From Thermovirgaceae bacterium (GTDB taxonomy: Bacteria > Synergistota > Synergistia > Synergistales > Thermovirgaceae): a stretch of DNA of 18,337 nucleotides. Below are positions 16,106 through 18,337 of this stretch, piece after piece. A program made the position numbers and the translations under genes. How positions within the stretch are numbered: the stretch's first letter is position 1; the number at the start of each line of letters is the position of its first letter. Location of the stretch: the NCBI GenBank assembly GCA_046542505.1, contig JBKHBH010000036.1:1-18337 (forward strand). The letters are read 5' to 3'. Under the pieces are notes generated by a model. That model was not told the DNA's origin. It was given only the letters and a program-made list of their open reading frames with translations, and did no database searches.

Positions 16106-16193
16106 CTTCGGTGGCCCGGCGATCATTGCCTTTTCAGGCTTTAGACCCGTAGCTTTGCGCCATCGCCTTTCGACGATTTTGCCCTTTCGGATG
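16106..16193 (-). ncRNA. c-di-GMP-I (GEMM) riboswitch aptamer, upstream copy
   Basis: Minus strand CATCCGAAAGGGCAAAATCGTC-GAAA-GGCGATGGCGCAAAGCTACGGGTCTAAAGCCTGAAAAGGCAATGATCGCCGGGCCACCGAAG; the same GEMM hallmarks as the downstream copy. Confidence 0.93.
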
Positions 16194-16238
16194 GTGATGC
16201 TGTACTTTACACTGCGAAACACTCTTGGTTGCTTACAT

Positions 16239-16266
16239 ACCTTACCATGTTTTTTGTCTTTGTCAA
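16239..16266 (-). promoter_or_regulatory. Putative sigma70 promoter driving the tandem-riboswitch leader
   Basis: TTGACA-N16-TAAGGT with TG at the extended -10 position; the predicted TSS lies about 40 nt before the first aptamer. Confidence 0.6.
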
Positions 16267-16387
16267 GATAGCTGGATGTAAGCAATTCTCGTGCTTTCCT
16301 CCCCCTTTCGCTGCCTGTACATGGGAAGGCCTTTGTCGCTATACTCCAGGTGTGATTCAAAATTCCAATGTCTATGGAGGCAACATC

Positions 16388-18181
16388 ATGCAGCGTTTCT
16401 GGCTGAAAAAGACGCCGTTTTGTGTCGGAATCATTTTGGCTGCTCTTTTCATTCTGGCGGATTTTTCAAGTGGAGTTTCCTCAGCTTTTACGCCAGCCGA
16501 ATGGATAAAGACAGTTGGTCTTGATGTGGTCTTGACCCGGGAGGAAAAGGAAAGTCTTTTGGATTACGCGTCTTCGAAGCTGTCTTCCAAAGAAGCGACG
16601 GGAAGGTCCCTGAAAGGTCTCCCTTCTGATGACCAAAAGCGTGTTCTTTTCGTCAGTGCAAGCGACGGAAAAAGTCCTGCGGTTATTGGCATCGGAGAAG
16701 GAAACGGTTACCGGGAAGCCCTCGATGCAGCCATTTCGAAGCTGCCTAAAAAAACCGAAAACCCTTTGTGGATCAAGATCGACATAATCGACGGCTTGCA
16801 ATTCAGATGCAAGGAGCTGCTGACCGAACCGGTTGCGATACAAAAAGGTATCGAAGGAATCATTTTCCCAGGATGCCCTTCCTGTGTTTTTTTGCCTGAG
16901 ACGGTAGTGGTAAAAAAAATCATCGGTGAAGACGGTTTCCTGAGGGCGGAAAACTTTGTCAGCGAGGGTGGGCCTCAGGCGCGGGAATTCTTCAAGCACT
17001 TGCTGGATGTTCACTCGGCGGACCGATTGGATTTCCGGACGACTTCCTTCATAAAGGACGAGACCGGTTTTCGGGACGTGTCTCGAGGGAAGCAACAGGG
17101 AACTTTTTCTTCAGATGAATTGCTGGCGGCTTCCGGAAGCGCCGCGGGTTATCTCGCGAGGATGGTGGACGCGTCGGGTCGGTTTGTGTATCGATATGAT
17201 CCGCTCGAAGATAAAAAACTTGGAGGGTATAACATCCTGCGTCATGCCGGGACGCTTTTTTCCATGCTCGAATATTGCCAGATCGAAAAAGATAGCCGGA
17301 CGCTCGAATCGGCACGGCGAGCCTTGAGGTATCTTTTGGGGCAGATAGAGACAATACGGAGCAACGGGGTCGAAATGGCCTGCGTCGTAGAGGACGGCGA
17401 GGTCAAACTCGGTGGTAACGGGCTCGCAGCCCTTGCGATCGCCAAATACATCGAGGTGACAGGCGACAGGAAAAATCTTCCCGTTTTGCGGAAACTGTGT
17501 GAGTGGATGGTGCACGTCCAGGATTCGTCCGGGCGGTTTATTGTCCACAAACAGGATTTTCCCGATGGCCGGGTTTCTGATTTTCGGTCGTCCTATTATC
17601 CGGGCGAGGCGATTTTCGGCCTGATGAGAACCTTCGAAATCGATAGCGATGAGAGATGGCTCCAGGCGGCCGATGCGGCGGCAAGATACCTGATCACCGT
17701 TCGGGACAGGGGACTCCCCGATGTCCAGTTACCTCATGACCATTGGCTGCTCTATGGATTGAATGAGCTTTACCATCAGGAGAAGGGCCGGCTTTTCGCA
17801 AATCACGCATTCAGGATCGCGCGAGCCATCATTGGCGCACAAAACCAGAAGATGGCTTCAGTGGACTGGAATGGCGGATTCGGGTTCAACCCGCGTTCCA
17901 CACCGGCGGCGACACGTATGGAAGGAATGGGGGCGGCATACCGAATTGCCCTCGCAGTCAATGACGAAGAGATGAAAAAACGCATCCTCGAATCCCTTCG
18001 GTTGGGAAACGGGTTCCTTCTGCGAACCCTGATCGATCCCTCATGGGCCATGTATATGAAGAGTCCTTCCAGGGCCGTGGGCGGGGTCCGCAAAAGCCAG
18101 AACGATTTCGAAGTCCGTATCGACTACGTGCAACACAGTCTTTCGGCCTTTCTTTCCATGCATTCCATTCTTGAAGAATAA
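16388..18181 (+). CDS. Exported protein of unknown function; possible AMMECR1-like N-terminal region and C-terminal (alpha/alpha) toroid domain
   Basis: ATG 16388 after GGAGG; signal-peptide-like N-terminus. Helical repeats with GRFVY, YNILRHAG, KLGGNGLAALA, QDSSGRF, YYPGEAIFGL, DHWL and RIDYVQH motifs; ~597 aa. The domain calls are by resemblance only. Confidence 0.75.
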   Translation: MQRFWLKKTPFCVGIILAALFILADFSSGVSSAFTPAEWIKTVGLDVVLTREEKESLLDYASSKLSSKEATGRSLKGLPSDDQKRVLFVSASDGKSPAVIGIGEGNGYREALDAAISKLPKKTENPLWIKIDIIDGLQFRCKELLTEPVAIQKGIEGIIFPGCPSCVFLPETVVVKKIIGEDGFLRAENFVSEGGPQAREFFKHLLDVHSADRLDFRTTSFIKDETGFRDVSRGKQQGTFSSDELLAASGSAAGYLARMVDASGRFVYRYDPLEDKKLGGYNILRHAGTLFSMLEYCQIEKDSRTLESARRALRYLLGQIETIRSNGVEMACVVEDGEVKLGGNGLAALAIAKYIEVTGDRKNLPVLRKLCEWMVHVQDSSGRFIVHKQDFPDGRVSDFRSSYYPGEAIFGLMRTFEIDSDERWLQAADAAARYLITVRDRGLPDVQLPHDHWLLYGLNELYHQEKGRLFANHAFRIARAIIGAQNQKMASVDWNGGFGFNPRSTPAATRMEGMGAAYRIALAVNDEEMKKRILESLRLGNGFLLRTLIDPSWAMYMKSPSRAVGGVRKSQNDFEVRIDYVQHSLSAFLSMHSILEE

Positions 18182-18239
18182 TGCCTGAAAACCCCGGGCA
18201 GTGAAATCTGCAAAAGAGTATTGCTCTTGCAAGGTGAGC

Positions 18240-18269
18240 TACAAAGACACCTGGCCAGGTGTCTTTGTA
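18240..18269. repeat. Perfect 30-bp palindrome downstream of the last CDS (terminator-like hairpin or operator)
   Basis: TACAAAGACACCTGG|CCAGGTGTCTTTGTA is exactly self-complementary; any U-tract is weak. Confidence 0.8.
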
Positions 18270-18337
18270 ATCATTTCAGGTATGTCAACGGACAGGGAAA
18301 ATGTCATGGGTAAAGTGTCTGTATGGGACAGGGAAAA

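Noticed and set aside
15882..16193. Direct repeats read as a CRISPR array or IS ends
   Set aside because: Only two long imperfect copies, no spacer periodicity and no cas or transposase gene; fully explained by tandem riboswitches.
15989..16360. 123-aa minus ORF (and plus ORFs 15857-16144, 16056-16271)
   Set aside because: No recognisable protein features; they lie over the riboswitch leader and promoter.
16229..16387. Extended start for the last CDS
   Set aside because: ATG 16388 has a GGAGG RBS and begins a signal peptide; the extension overlaps the divergent promoter.

Overview
A GC-rich bacterial chromosomal window. The gene content suggests an anaerobic amino-acid fermenter such as Synergistota, but that is inference only. 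It carries 14 coding regions. On the minus strand: the 5' end of a PhzF-family isomerase, cardiolipin synthase, a YitT protein and a RocB-like M20 hydrolase. Then a plus-strand class I/II aminotransferase, and a minus-strand run of three DapF-fold epimerase-like genes ending in an EamA transporter. Next come a CoA-disulfide reductase/rhodanese fusion, an NhaC-family transporter with a sigma54-type promoter, a compact Ski2-like helicase, a secreted C45/Ntn-hydrolase and a secreted (alpha/alpha)-barrel protein of unknown function. The main signal missed by the ORF track is at 15882-16193 (minus): two complete c-di-GMP-I (GEMM) riboswitches in tandem, each with its own intrinsic terminator and a predicted OFF logic, in the ~450-nt leader of the Ntn-hydrolase. 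The second is the epimerase cluster, with Cys/Cys, Ser/Cys and a highly divergent Cys/Cys catalytic dyad side by side. No CRISPR array, tRNA/rRNA or mobile element was seen. All family calls come from motif recognition, not database searches.
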